From a virus (Duplodnaviria; Caudoviricetes), in the IMG/VR virus record IMGVR_UViG_3300049472_000168, positions 64,001 to 128,000 of that record: 64,000 bases of DNA; one strand, 5' to 3'. Positions 49,191-59,631 of the stretch are shown piece after piece; position 1 is the first letter of the stretch; each line of letters begins with the position of its first letter. The notes under the pieces were generated by a model, which was not told where the DNA came from, ran no database searches, and saw only the letters and a list, made by a program, of their open reading frames with translations. Both the position numbers and the translations under genes were made by a program.

Positions 49191-49805
49191 CTAGGCATAA
49201 GGGAACTTGTGGGCTTTCATCCAGTCGTGGTGTGCATGTTCGTCATCAGGAAGCTGAGGAAAGTTCTGGAGCAGGACAAAATGCCCCAGTTCGTGGCCTA
49301 GAGTAGATATGACGGCTTCATAGGTTTCCTGCTTCTTATGGATTAAGATCTCGGTACCGTCACAGGTACCTCTGGCGGTGCCACCATTAATCCTAGGAAT
49401 CGGGTCAGTTACAAATCGGATCTTCTTTTTCTTGTACTTGGGTCCAAACGGATTCGGGACATGGTAATTATCCCTGAACCAGGTCGCAACTTCGGCTTCG
49501 ACCTTGTCGATATCGTAGAAAAAAGGAAGTATTCCTGTTTTCTGGGAATCTCTTGAGATCTCGAAGTCAAAAAGGGCACTGTATCCTACGATACTATCCT
49601 TGTAGTCCTGTCGGAGCCTGAAGAAGCGGTAAACGATGTAGCAGGCCGCTACCCAGGTCGATGCCAGGACGATCAGAGGAGGAACCCAGTTCTCCATCCC
49701 TCTGATCGCAATTGCCCCAGCTACCGCAGCGGCTGTAAATCCAGCAGCCATCAAAACGAATAGCTGAACTGCGGAATCTCGGATATCAAATGTCTTAAAT
49801 CTCAT
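49191..49805 (-). CDS. Membrane protein with zincin HExxH motif
   Basis: Two N-terminal transmembrane helices; TLGHELGH. Confidence 0.6.
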   Translation of the reverse strand: MRFKTFDIRDSAVQLFVLMAAGFTAAAVAGAIAIRGMENWVPPLIVLASTWVAACYIVYRFFRLRQDYKDSIVGYSALFDFEISRDSQKTGILPFFYDIDKVEAEVATWFRDNYHVPNPFGPKYKKKKIRFVTDPIPRINGGTARGTCDGTEILIHKKQETYEAVISTLGHELGHFVLLQNFPQLPDDEHAHHDWMKAHKFPYA

Positions 49806-49836
49806 GTTCTTCTTTCTTTGTTAGTTATGACGCAGG

Positions 49837-49909
49837 TGGCCTAGGCTGCGGTCGAACCAGCAACCTTCTGCTTTTCAAACAGACGCTCTACCAATTGAGC
49901 TACCATGCC
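49837..49909 (-). tRNA. tRNA-Phe(GAA), with stem mismatches
   Basis: TCTGT-TTGAAAA-GCAGA anticodon arm and canonical D-loop; A.G mismatch in the acceptor and G.G in the T-stem. Confidence 0.75.
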
Positions 49910-50197
49910 TGAATATTTTAAAACCTACTACCTCTAATGATTCCTACTAGCCGCTCGATGTCGGATTCGTCTGCTGCCTGAAGAATAGAATCAGGCCTGG
50001 CGTTAGGATTTACGACCTCAATAGCTTCGATGAAGGAAGTGATGATCTCCTCTGTTTTGACCTGGTCTTCCCTGTCGTCTTCGTCAACACATTCATTAAC
50101 ACTGAAAACTCGTCCTTTGGATTTACTGAAGTATACGGGTGTCATCTATAGGATTTAATCATATCTGTAAAGAGGTGTCAAGCCCAATCTTTACGGG

Positions 50198-53100
50198 GTG
50201 TCGGATATTCCAGAAAACCTACGAGACTATCTCCACGGCATCGCGCTGCGTCCCAATGTTATTCTGACTCCAGCCGGGGTCGATGGACCCGATGACGAGC
50301 CGTGTCTTAGAACTCTAGGACCGAACCAGGGCCAGAGCTTCCCTGGATATATCGAAGGGTTGCCCCAAAAGCTGAATCCAGATAACGAGGACATCCTTGC
50401 CATTATGGATTCAGAGGATGGGTTACTCAAAAAAATCAATTTAGGAGATTTAGGTGGGGGGTCGATTGAGGGTGGTTCCAGGGCTGACTGGACCGGTACT
50501 AGATTCTATGCTGTAGATAACGTCCTGGGTGATGACGAAAATTTGGGTTACTCCGATGTTGACATGCTATCGGCTGGAGCCGTAGCTGTCAAGACGCCTG
50601 AAAGATTAGCCGAGATTATTCCTCCTATAGGGGATCCTAGTCACGTCTTGGTCATCGCCTTAAAGGGTCGAACCGGCCAGTACGTTGGGCCCGACGGTTC
50701 TACGATTGCGAATTTTGTCAAGGCGCTGTATGGGTATGGCAACATCGTTGTCCGCAGCACGGCAGATTTCAGCAACGATGCCACCGACGAAAGACTCCTG
50801 GGCTCCGAAACTGTCCTTGGCCCCTACACCGTTGACACCGGGGCTACGACATCATCGATCCCCGTGGTAGGTGGAGGACTCCCAACAGACAAGTCGCCCT
50901 ATGCCTACAGGATCAGATTCACATCTGGAGCCCTGGTAGGGACAACGCACTACCACTGGGAAAATAACACATCCAGCGTGATCACCCCTGGCACCAACAC
51001 GACCGTGGCGGCAACGGCTGGTGACACCTTTGTTGTTGAGAAGCCTAGCGTTGAACTCGGGACATTCCAGGTATACATATCGAACTCATCGGCAAATCCT
51101 GGGGACTTCAGTGTCGCTGGTATCGAATGTCAGACGAAGCTGTCGTTAACCGGTTCAGGTGGGACAGTTAGGGTTGCATTTATCAATATTGTCGGGAGTG
51201 CCACCACTCGCATCGTTGGATTCAGGAACTTAAACTGTTCAAAGGATTATCTGTCACCTTCGGGATCGTCGAGATCGCCCGGCACGGGGATGCGTGTTGA
51301 TTCAACGGGATCGGTTATTTTTGAACAGAACGACCGTGTAGCTGTCCTCAGTCATTCATCGTTCCGAGGCACGGGAAATTTCAATCTATTTGCAAACTCC
51401 ATTACGTCTGCAACGCATGGCGCCCTTTATTTAGACAAAACTACTAAAAAAATCGTCTGCTACGGTAATGGTAATGCGGGCTCTGTTGCGACCTCTGCAC
51501 ATGACGGAATTCTCGGAAACAAAGGCTCATCCACGACAAGACCGATCCGACTCGGTGGCACCGGATCGAATCATTGGCAAGGTAGCTTCGGTATCTGGGG
51601 TCTTGTCCTCGAAGATTCCCAGTTCGTCTACTGGACCGGCACCCAACTCGGCCTAATTATCAACAATGTCACCGGAACAACTTCCGCACCGTACCCATTC
51701 AATTTTGAGGGTCTCTATGGCTCTACCATCCGTATGGGTATCGAAGCCGCAAACACTGCGGTTGGAACAGGTGACCCAGGTGTGTCGGTCGCTGGCCACA
51801 ATCCTCTCCGATGGGATGATCTGACAAAAACCAATGTCATTGATGTCAACGGCAACAACTTCATCGGAACCGGTCTGAATATTGTCACGACATCTGTTGC
51901 TGTTTCAAATCAAAGCGCAACGAACTACGAAGTCGGAGATATAGTTCGCGGTAACGGCGTGGCGAATCAAACGACACGGGCATATGCCACGTCGCTTGCT
52001 GATGCCGAGTTCCTCGGTGTCGCGATAGCAAAATCAACGAACGGTTCAACAGCTCTTATCACAAACGGTCCCTTCGCAGTCTGCAATTTTGACAGTGCTC
52101 CGACTCCTGGAGCAATAGCTTATTTGTCAACGACACCGAAGATGTTGACTACGACAATTCCACTAAATACAGGAACCAATCATGTTCTTCCTGTCGGGCG
52201 TGTAATCACAGTTGTTAGCGGCACACTCGCAAAGGTGGCGATACAGGCTTCGGCGGTAGCTGCGATTCCAGCATTTGACGCTCGCACATCTTATTCGGCC
52301 AACTGGCCTATGTCGAAGGTTCGTTTCTACCTGATCGACCCCGTGGCTGGTGATGATACCAGGATCGGATACTACGACGGCGATCCACTTGAAGTCCTCA
52401 ATGCCGCAACGATGACTTCATTGGCTCTAAAGACTTACGAGGAATTCTACGACAGAATTCCCAAACAGGGTAATGGTCGTGCCGTGGTTGTTTTGATTAA
52501 GGGAGATCAAAGCATAACGACGACTCCAATCGTCGCGTATAAACGAGACGGAATAACAATGGATTCCATCAATATAGATGGGTTCATTGGATATTCGTAT
52601 ATGGCGATTCGTTGCAGTAATTTTACCAATGACTCAAACGATGTAATAGATCTTTGTGGCTATACTCCAGCAGCGTTAAATGGTCCCAATGGAGACAACT
52701 CATGGACACTCGGTTCATACACTGCTCCAACCATGACAATTGCAGCTGGTACCATGCCAGTAGACACATCATTTACTGGGGCCAAAGTTCAATGGAAGGG
52801 TAACATCACCTCTGGTTTGCGAACTCTGGGCACATCATTACAATGTGTGCAAACCTCCACTACGGCTGAGTTAGCTAGCTCTACTACAACTTTACCAGCA
52901 CCCAATGATGAATTCTTTTTGAGAAAACCATCTGTTAGGTTTGCAGGAATCATAGGCAAAGCAGAAGGTGGAGCTTCCACTGTAACAGGAACACGAGCCC
53001 CAAATCCAGTACAGGTGTGTGGTTTTGATATTCAGCTTCAAACTACCAATACTTCTATTGATCATGCAGGATCTGTTGGGTTTATTTTTGTTGATATAAG

Positions 53101-56100
53101 TAACGTCGTATCTACAACTGGAGTAAGTCTACTTTTTGCTGATGGGATCGTGGGTCTTTCGGGTGTTTACAGGAGAGAAGACAAGACTACAGCTGCTACT
53201 ATTCGCAATGTTTTAACGATCTCAGCAAATACTCCAGAAAATACTGGCTCTACTCTATTCTTTAGAAACTCATCATTTGCTGCATCAGCTCCTGGTTTTA
53301 TTTTTGCAAAGTCTAGACTTAACGTAAGTGGAGCTATTGTTAGCGATTCCCTACCCTTTTTCTTTTATTCGAGCACCATACATGGTCCGTTAATAATTGA
53401 GGGGGGACAAATCACTTCGCTGGGTGGTAGCTCCTCTACCAATAGGTTGCTTGCTCGCGGTGGTCCGCTAAACAGTCGCCCTTGTGTTGGTATCAGATAT
53501 GGCGCAACTATTGGATTTAACTATATACATTGTGGCCCATATGGTGGCTGGGGCATAGAGGTCTCTACCGGCGATAGCGATGGAAACATTATAGGACCAT
53601 GTACTGTTACCGGCATGACAAATGTGACAGGTACTGTGCCAGGTGGTTATGGACTAAGCTTTATTGGTAGCCAAATCCGTGGTTCATACGGAGCCACTGC
53701 ATTGATTGGGTCAGGCAACACTGTAACCGGTATCAATGCTGATGTTAGGATGTGCCATTTCGATCTTACCTGGGCACAAGCCACAGCAGAAGAGCGAATA
53801 GATACACAGGGTAATAAAATTATTCCTACCGTAACTGGTGTTACCAATAGGATTCAAAGAGTAGCAACTGGTTCATGGCTTCGTCTGCCAGAGACTATAA
53901 CCGATCCTACAGAGGTCCCGACCACAGGAATGGTAGATGTCTGGTTTAATGCCACAACTGACATAGAGCAGGTTTCTATTAGGGATTCCTCGAATGATGT
54001 ATTTCGACTCCCTATGATGAGTACTGGGGCGGCGACTCGTGTCCCTTTTTACGGAAATAATAGTAGGCTGGACTCCTCCCCAAACCTCACCTTTGATGGT
54101 AACTATTTAGATCTAATTTCCTCCCCTACAGTGGCCTCTGCTGGAGGTGCGGTATGGGATGGGATGTCGGTTGGAGGCACCCTAACTCTAACAGGAACCA
54201 CACTTACATCAGCCCTTTCTCTGACTGCACTTGCGGCTCCAACAATTACGGCAGGAAGCGCAGTTACGGTAACTGATGCAGCAACGCTCAATATTGCAGG
54301 AGCCCCAGTAGCAGCAGGATCTGCAGTTCTAACAAATTCATGGGCACTAAGAGTCGCATCGGGTAACACCTTTTTAGGAGGAAATCTCCGATTTTCTGGC
54401 AGTGGATCTGCAGCAACAGCTCTTATCCAGATTGCCAATACTGCGAATACCGGTATATACGGATCTGCCTCGACTGTTAACATAACAGCGGCAGGTTCCA
54501 ACAGCTTCACCGTTGGACAATACAGTGTCCATTCACACCAGTTCCATCAGTTTGCCAACGGTACAGGGGCAAGCTCACCTGCTATTACTTGGATCACGTT
54601 TGGCCCAGATTCCAGGGCTGGGCTTTTCTACGAGACTGGTGGAAATCTAAAGATATCGTCATCTGCAACAACCACAGGTGGAACCGAACGAGGAACTCTA
54701 ACCGATGGCGTCGGTAATTTTGTATGGGGTACCGGAGCACTAACTACCAGTACCGCTGATGGCTACGTCTACATCACTTCGATGCCTGGCACCCCTACGG
54801 GATCGGCAGCCAATACAGCATATACGGGTCGAAATCCCCTTGTCATAGATTCAACAAATAATTTACTATACTTCAAGAACGGCGGCATCTGGTACGCAGC
54901 AACGGGAGTCTCGGGCACAGGAGTCAACACCCGCGTTGCCCATTGGACCGGAACCGGTTCCCTTGGCAGCACGTCTACATTTACTTTCGCATCAGGAACC
55001 CTGAGTACGCCTAATATCAGCGTAACTGGAGTCATCACTGGGGCCACATTAATCAGCAGTACAAATTATAGCGTCACAGCCTATGGCACCATTGGCGCCC
55101 CAAATATCACGGCAAATGCCGACAACCAGACCGGACTGTCGTGGCTGTCTGCGGGTGTCATGGCTCTGGGGACCTCGAATGTCGAGAGACAACGCTGGGA
55201 TGCTAATGGCAACGTCATCATCGGAACCGGCGCCCTTGCAACAAATGCAGCAAACGGCTACTTCTATACCCCAACCGTGGGTGGGACACCAACGGTAAAT
55301 CCTACCTCATATTCGGGTCGGACACCAATTATCGTCGATACCGTCAATGACCGACTATATTACCACAACACGACGTGGAAAGCTGTCGGAAACGTCAGCG
55401 GCACCGGAGTTGCGAATAGGGTCGCATACTGGAGTTCAACCAGTAATCTCTCGAACTCTGCAAATCTCCTCTTCGACGGAACATATCTCGGTATTCCCGA
55501 TGGATCCGCAGCAAATCCGGGGATGTACCTAGTTGGTGCGACTACCACCGGTATCTGGAGAGTTGCTGCGAATAGTATCGGATTCTCAACCAACGGTGTC
55601 AACAGATTTGCGATTTACACCAATGCTGTTGAATCGTCGTTGCCGATCTGGGTGGCCAACGGCCTCGTAGGTAGCCCCAGCTACAGTTTCTCGAATTCGA
55701 CCGGGACCGGGATGTACCTCGTATCGGGTGACTATTTGGGACTAACAACCGGTGGTAATATCCGGCTATACTCCACAAATAGCAATGCTGGGGCGACGCT
55801 AGTCTTCCATGCTGAAGGTGGTATCAGGGTTCCACTTGGTTCGGCAGGGACGCCTTCGATTCGGAACCTTACGGCAACGAACACGGGTGTTTTCTTCCCC
55901 GACTCCGACATGGTTGGATTCAGTAACAACGGGGTCGAGTCCGGAAGATTCAACAATAATGGGAACCTACAACTAGGCTCAACGGCATCTGACATCACCG
56001 GATACAAACTACAGGTGACGGGCAGGTCGATATTTACGATGGCGCAGGATTTGTGGTCTAAAATGATCATGACTGAGAACGGGTCAGGCGGCGATGTCGT

Positions 56101-56497
56101 AGTTGACATCCTTAAGTTCTACGTCAACGACACCTACAGCACTCCGACAGAGCGACACGGCGGAAACATTGGCGTCCAGATGAGGTATCCCGAGGGAATA
56201 CCGGAGGTGGCTGGTCTTGTTATCACTGGCAACTCTAGGATTCGCTTGGTTGGAACTACCTACATTGATGGGGATTTGTACCCTTACAGTGATGACACCT
56301 ACGACATCGGATATTCATCTGGTCGGTGGAACGATCTGTATATTAACTCCATAGACTTCGGAACCCCTAGTAAACAAGCCAACGGGACCGTTGCCGTAAC
56401 ACTTACTTCCCTGGGTCCTTCTGGAGCGAATACTACAGTAGTCGAGTGGCTAAAAATAACTCTCGACGGAAATACCCGATATATCCCATGCTGGTAA
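50198..56497 (+). CDS. Long tail fibre / receptor-binding protein (2099 aa)
   Basis: T/G/S-rich, internally duplicated modules, GTG..NRVAYW and fibre-type GS...PS..F..D..TG repeats; CAATCTT-6-GTG upstream. Confidence 0.75.
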   Translation: MSDIPENLRDYLHGIALRPNVILTPAGVDGPDDEPCLRTLGPNQGQSFPGYIEGLPQKLNPDNEDILAIMDSEDGLLKKINLGDLGGGSIEGGSRADWTGTRFYAVDNVLGDDENLGYSDVDMLSAGAVAVKTPERLAEIIPPIGDPSHVLVIALKGRTGQYVGPDGSTIANFVKALYGYGNIVVRSTADFSNDATDERLLGSETVLGPYTVDTGATTSSIPVVGGGLPTDKSPYAYRIRFTSGALVGTTHYHWENNTSSVITPGTNTTVAATAGDTFVVEKPSVELGTFQVYISNSSANPGDFSVAGIECQTKLSLTGSGGTVRVAFINIVGSATTRIVGFRNLNCSKDYLSPSGSSRSPGTGMRVDSTGSVIFEQNDRVAVLSHSSFRGTGNFNLFANSITSATHGALYLDKTTKKIVCYGNGNAGSVATSAHDGILGNKGSSTTRPIRLGGTGSNHWQGSFGIWGLVLEDSQFVYWTGTQLGLIINNVTGTTSAPYPFNFEGLYGSTIRMGIEAANTAVGTGDPGVSVAGHNPLRWDDLTKTNVIDVNGNNFIGTGLNIVTTSVAVSNQSATNYEVGDIVRGNGVANQTTRAYATSLADAEFLGVAIAKSTNGSTALITNGPFAVCNFDSAPTPGAIAYLSTTPKMLTTTIPLNTGTNHVLPVGRVITVVSGTLAKVAIQASAVAAIPAFDARTSYSANWPMSKVRFYLIDPVAGDDTRIGYYDGDPLEVLNAATMTSLALKTYEEFYDRIPKQGNGRAVVVLIKGDQSITTTPIVAYKRDGITMDSINIDGFIGYSYMAIRCSNFTNDSNDVIDLCGYTPAALNGPNGDNSWTLGSYTAPTMTIAAGTMPVDTSFTGAKVQWKGNITSGLRTLGTSLQCVQTSTTAELASSTTTLPAPNDEFFLRKPSVRFAGIIGKAEGGASTVTGTRAPNPVQVCGFDIQLQTTNTSIDHAGSVGFIFVDISNVVSTTGVSLLFADGIVGLSGVYRREDKTTAATIRNVLTISANTPENTGSTLFFRNSSFAASAPGFIFAKSRLNVSGAIVSDSLPFFFYSSTIHGPLIIEGGQITSLGGSSSTNRLLARGGPLNSRPCVGIRYGATIGFNYIHCGPYGGWGIEVSTGDSDGNIIGPCTVTGMTNVTGTVPGGYGLSFIGSQIRGSYGATALIGSGNTVTGINADVRMCHFDLTWAQATAEERIDTQGNKIIPTVTGVTNRIQRVATGSWLRLPETITDPTEVPTTGMVDVWFNATTDIEQVSIRDSSNDVFRLPMMSTGAATRVPFYGNNSRLDSSPNLTFDGNYLDLISSPTVASAGGAVWDGMSVGGTLTLTGTTLTSALSLTALAAPTITAGSAVTVTDAATLNIAGAPVAAGSAVLTNSWALRVASGNTFLGGNLRFSGSGSAATALIQIANTANTGIYGSASTVNITAAGSNSFTVGQYSVHSHQFHQFANGTGASSPAITWITFGPDSRAGLFYETGGNLKISSSATTTGGTERGTLTDGVGNFVWGTGALTTSTADGYVYITSMPGTPTGSAANTAYTGRNPLVIDSTNNLLYFKNGGIWYAATGVSGTGVNTRVAHWTGTGSLGSTSTFTFASGTLSTPNISVTGVITGATLISSTNYSVTAYGTIGAPNITANADNQTGLSWLSAGVMALGTSNVERQRWDANGNVIIGTGALATNAANGYFYTPTVGGTPTVNPTSYSGRTPIIVDTVNDRLYYHNTTWKAVGNVSGTGVANRVAYWSSTSNLSNSANLLFDGTYLGIPDGSAANPGMYLVGATTTGIWRVAANSIGFSTNGVNRFAIYTNAVESSLPIWVANGLVGSPSYSFSNSTGTGMYLVSGDYLGLTTGGNIRLYSTNSNAGATLVFHAEGGIRVPLGSAGTPSIRNLTATNTGVFFPDSDMVGFSNNGVESGRFNNNGNLQLGSTASDITGYKLQVTGRSIFTMAQDLWSKMIMTENGSGGDVVVDILKFYVNDTYSTPTERHGGNIGVQMRYPEGIPEVAGLVITGNSRIRLVGTTYIDGDLYPYSDDTYDIGYSSGRWNDLYINSIDFGTPSKQANGTVAVTLTSLGPSGANTTVVEWLKITLDGNTRYIPCW

Positions 56498-56513
56498 AGC
56501 ATAACAGGAACAA

Positions 56514-56948
56514 ATGACCATTACACTAAGAAATGCAAGACAACGAACCGCAGCAACCACTGTAGAAATCCGAGAATATCACCGAATCCTTCCAGCAAAT
56601 GGAAGAGGCGACGATTCCTGGACAATCGTTGTTTCTGTCGGTGGTGTCGGAATCCCCCTTACCGTCAAGAGACAACCAAATCAGGATGTCAGGCAACCTG
56701 TTCTGGATGGCGAGGGTAACCAAGTCACAGACATCAACGGTCCAGTGTTTGAGACTGTTTCGCAGCCTCAACCCGATCTCGTTGATCGATTGACAACGAC
56801 AGGAGAAATCGGACGCGAAACCATTGAGGTCGAAGGAGCATTTGACGCCTTCCAGGATGCAATCGGTGCCAGAGGAAATATTGAAGTCTTGATGAAGTCC
56901 GCAATGCTTGTGGTAGGAATGATTCCGGCATCGCTTGACCCGGCTTAG
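56514..56948 (+). CDS. Putative fibre-associated/chaperone protein (paralog 1)
   Basis: Immediately downstream of the fibre gene; shares W...G....T.K.QP...PQPD.VD.L....IG.ET.EV.G with the next ORF. Confidence 0.55.
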   Translation: MTITLRNARQRTAATTVEIREYHRILPANGRGDDSWTIVVSVGGVGIPLTVKRQPNQDVRQPVLDGEGNQVTDINGPVFETVSQPQPDLVDRLTTTGEIGRETIEVEGAFDAFQDAIGARGNIEVLMKSAMLVVGMIPASLDPA

Positions 56949-57318
56949 TCCAATGATTCAACTACAAACCCCGATATCAGGTGTCTCAGAAATCGAAGTA
57001 GTCGGTGCTGAGAGAACCCAGGAATCCTGGGAACTAGATCTAAAACTAGGAATTGCGGTCCTACATATAACCATTAAATCGCAGCCACCGAATCGTAGAG
57101 TCAAAAGAAATGAAGACGGCACTTCAAAGGCTGACGAAGGGGGTGCTCTCGAAATCGAGGAAATTCCGCAGCCCGATATTGTCGATATCCTCAGATCTGA
57201 CTATATCGGAATCGAAACAGTTGAAGTCGACGGAATCCTAGAACTTTTCGATTTAATCGAATCTGAAGAGGGTGTCGAGGCCGCCTTGATTCAATCCGGA
57301 ATCATTCCAGAATCATAA
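56935..57318 (+). CDS. Putative fibre-associated/chaperone protein (paralog 2)
   Basis: Paralog of 56514-56948. Confidence 0.55.
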   Translation: MTRLSPMIQLQTPISGVSEIEVVGAERTQESWELDLKLGIAVLHITIKSQPPNRRVKRNEDGTSKADEGGALEIEEIPQPDIVDILRSDYIGIETVEVDGILELFDLIESEEGVEAALIQSGIIPES

Positions 57319-57327
57319 TCTTTCCTC

Positions 57328-57741
57328 TTGGCTATCAATCGAGATAGTCGTTTCAAAAGAGGAAATATGTCAGAGAACACGATTAAAGTAGAGGTCAGCG
57401 GCAGAGAGGCCTGGAACCTCATGGTCCATGTCAAATCGGGTGCTTATAGCCCCAGCGGTCACGAGGAATTCCAGCAACTACGCGAAACCCTTGCGGTTTT
57501 TGGTATGCTGGATGCCTATGAAGATCTGCTCCAGGGCATGTCCCAGGAAGAGGCCGCAGGTCTTGCTCAGAAGCTCAGCGTTAGAGACAAGAAAGTTCTT
57601 GAACTGCCGCGTCGAATCATCAATTTCTTCCTCGAAAAGGTCAGTGCAGGCAAGATGCATCCTGAACTTGCCATCGTCCTGAGCCCCTTAATTGAGAGGC
57701 TCAAAGACGCTAAACGTGGGGAATACAAAGCGCCGGAATAA
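57328..57741 (+). CDS. Hypothetical helical protein
   Basis: TAATCTT upstream; probable start at ATG 57367 (GAGG Shine-Dalgarno). Confidence 0.5.
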   Translation: MAINRDSRFKRGNMSENTIKVEVSGREAWNLMVHVKSGAYSPSGHEEFQQLRETLAVFGMLDAYEDLLQGMSQEEAAGLAQKLSVRDKKVLELPRRIINFFLEKVSAGKMHPELAIVLSPLIERLKDAKRGEYKAPE

Positions 57742-58082
57742 TGGAACCCGAACCTGGATTTCCCCAGAGAGTCTTTGATACCGCTTTGGAGCGGCATCCG
57801 GTCTTTGAGGAATTCCAGGAGTCCCTAGCCGAAGTCATCGCCTACACCATAGACGAGACCTCGGCAGAGGCCAAGGTTGCGCTAACCAACAACCTGGTAC
57901 AGCATCTGGGGGAGTTCTGGAGTCTTGAGCTAAGACGAAATTCGGACCCAGCATTTCAGGCAGCGGTTAAGGCAGTGATTCAGTCTACACTGAATTGCAT
58001 CGCTCAGATCGCTATTGTTGCCGAGATGGACCCCAGCTCAGAACTGGAAGACGCAATTTCAGAACCGAAAGGGACCGCCTAG
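57741..58082 (+). CDS. Hypothetical protein
   Basis: TAATG-coupled ORF. Confidence 0.5.
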   Translation: MEPEPGFPQRVFDTALERHPVFEEFQESLAEVIAYTIDETSAEAKVALTNNLVQHLGEFWSLELRRNSDPAFQAAVKAVIQSTLNCIAQIAIVAEMDPSSELEDAISEPKGTA

Positions 58083-58200
58083 ATGCCAAAGAAAAATCTT
58101 GCCCCAAGACAGAAGCCTAGACCTCGGAAAAAGACAGCAGAGGTTGTTGTCGAGGTCCCCGTTTTCTTTTTGATCAGTCTAGACGACATCAAGAGGATAA

Positions 58201-58270
58201 ATGACTTAGCCGTATCTAAAGGCTTCGGCGATGACTTAGCCGTATCTAAAGGCTTCGGCGATGACTTAGC
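58201..58270 (+). repeat. Perfect 30-bp tandem duplication (2.3 copies), in frame within ORF 58083-58307
   Basis: ATGACTTAGCCGTATCTAAAGGCTTCGGCG x2 plus ATGACTTAGC. Confidence 0.95.
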
Positions 58271-58933
58271 GGCTCTGGGGATCAGTGTTGAGCCCTTATC
58301 TGACTAAATTGTCGTAAAAGTCAGAAAAACGGGATCGATCACTTGGCGAGCTTCGCAAACGTTTTCTTGTGCTTGGTGAGTACCTTGTTGATCGTGTACT
58401 CCCGGTCGTTCGGCAACGCGGCTGCGATATCGTAGCGAACAACAACCCCGACGCAGTGAACGGGGCCCTGAATCGTCGCGTTCTTGGCGTTCGCTCTCAG
58501 CCACAGTACGACTTCCCAGATCGAGACTATCGAAGGACCACAGAATCCACGCTCCCTTGCCGCTGCTCTGAGCTGTTCCCCATATGTCCATGGGAATTCC
58601 GCCATTGCTATTACGGTCTGGTCTGAGTATTTGAGGTGTTTGTCCATGTTCCTAGATCCCGAGATTGTCATAGATTTTGATAGACGAAGTGTTCCAAGGA
58701 CCCCTAAAGGGAGCCGCTGTCTCGTCTGGACCTTTTGGTTTGATCCCTAGAGCCAGTTCTGTTCCCAAACCTGCGGTCTCAGAAGAATCTAGGGAATGTC
58801 GTGGTTTTGCGTTTTTGCTTTGCATCTGATTGGTACAGAAAAGCAAAGAAAAAGACAAAAGATCTTTCATCCTTTTACTGATATCCATGTCGTATGGCCT
58901 CCTACAGAAACCTACTCCTGATACCTGGTGATG

Positions 58934-59533
58934 TCAAGTAGATCTCAAGCTATCCCTCAGCTTTTTAATCCAGACATTACGCTTGGCATAGGTCTTTTCT
59001 TCCTTCTTCAAGGAGTCTTTGGCATATTTTAGTGATTGGCGAAGTTCCCGGAGCCTAGATTTCTTCCATTTATAGAACGGAGGAAACAGGTCTCGCTTCA
59101 GATAATAGTCCTCGTGGCTACAATCGAAATCAATTGATGTTTTCAATTGCTCCTGCATGAATTTCTTCATCCCGACATGGTCTCTGGATGGTGGAGTCCA
59201 GGAATCGACCATTACGAGCATCCTTTCATAGGCTGCTCGCTGGTTTCTCATCTTCCGGAGACCTTCTACTACCTCTTCCATCCGACGCTTTCGTTCTTTT
59301 AGATAGAGGCGCTTCAAGGAGTCGTCATCGGCAGACTTGAATTGTTCCAATTCCTTTTCTGTCTCTTGGACCCGTCTAGGATAGTATCCGTCAGGAGACA
59401 AGTTATCTGGGATCTGGGCATCAAGGGGGGCATCTCGCATATCGACCAAGGCTCCAAATGCCCTGGCGCATTTCACTGCAAAATCCTCGAATGATGTATT
59501 TGATGTGATATCTGCTGTGTATCCTGTTGGCAT
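58934..59533 (-). CDS. Conserved-type phage hypothetical coiled-coil protein
   Basis: MPTGYT...F...CARAFGA...MRD...W.PP..H...K.FM.EQL..SIDFDC. Confidence 0.65.
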   Translation of the reverse strand: MPTGYTADITSNTSFEDFAVKCARAFGALVDMRDAPLDAQIPDNLSPDGYYPRRVQETEKELEQFKSADDDSLKRLYLKERKRRMEEVVEGLRKMRNQRAAYERMLVMVDSWTPPSRDHVGMKKFMQEQLKTSIDFDCSHEDYYLKRDLFPPFYKWKKSRLRELRQSLKYAKDSLKKEEKTYAKRNVWIKKLRDSLRST

Positions 59534-59557
59534 CTTGTTCCTTTATATTTATTGAAG

Positions 59558-59631
59558 TGACCCCGGCAGGGCTCGAACCTGCTGCCTGAACTTTAGGAAA
59601 ATTCCGCTCTATCCAGATGAGCTACGAGGTC
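59558..59631 (-). tRNA. tRNA-Arg(CCU)
   Basis: GACCTCG/CGGGGTC acceptor, GAATT-TTCCTAA-AGTTC anticodon arm, TTCGAGC T-loop. Confidence 0.9.

Noticed and set aside
58201-58270. CRISPR array
   Set aside because: The repeats are directly adjacent with no spacers and lie in frame within an ORF.
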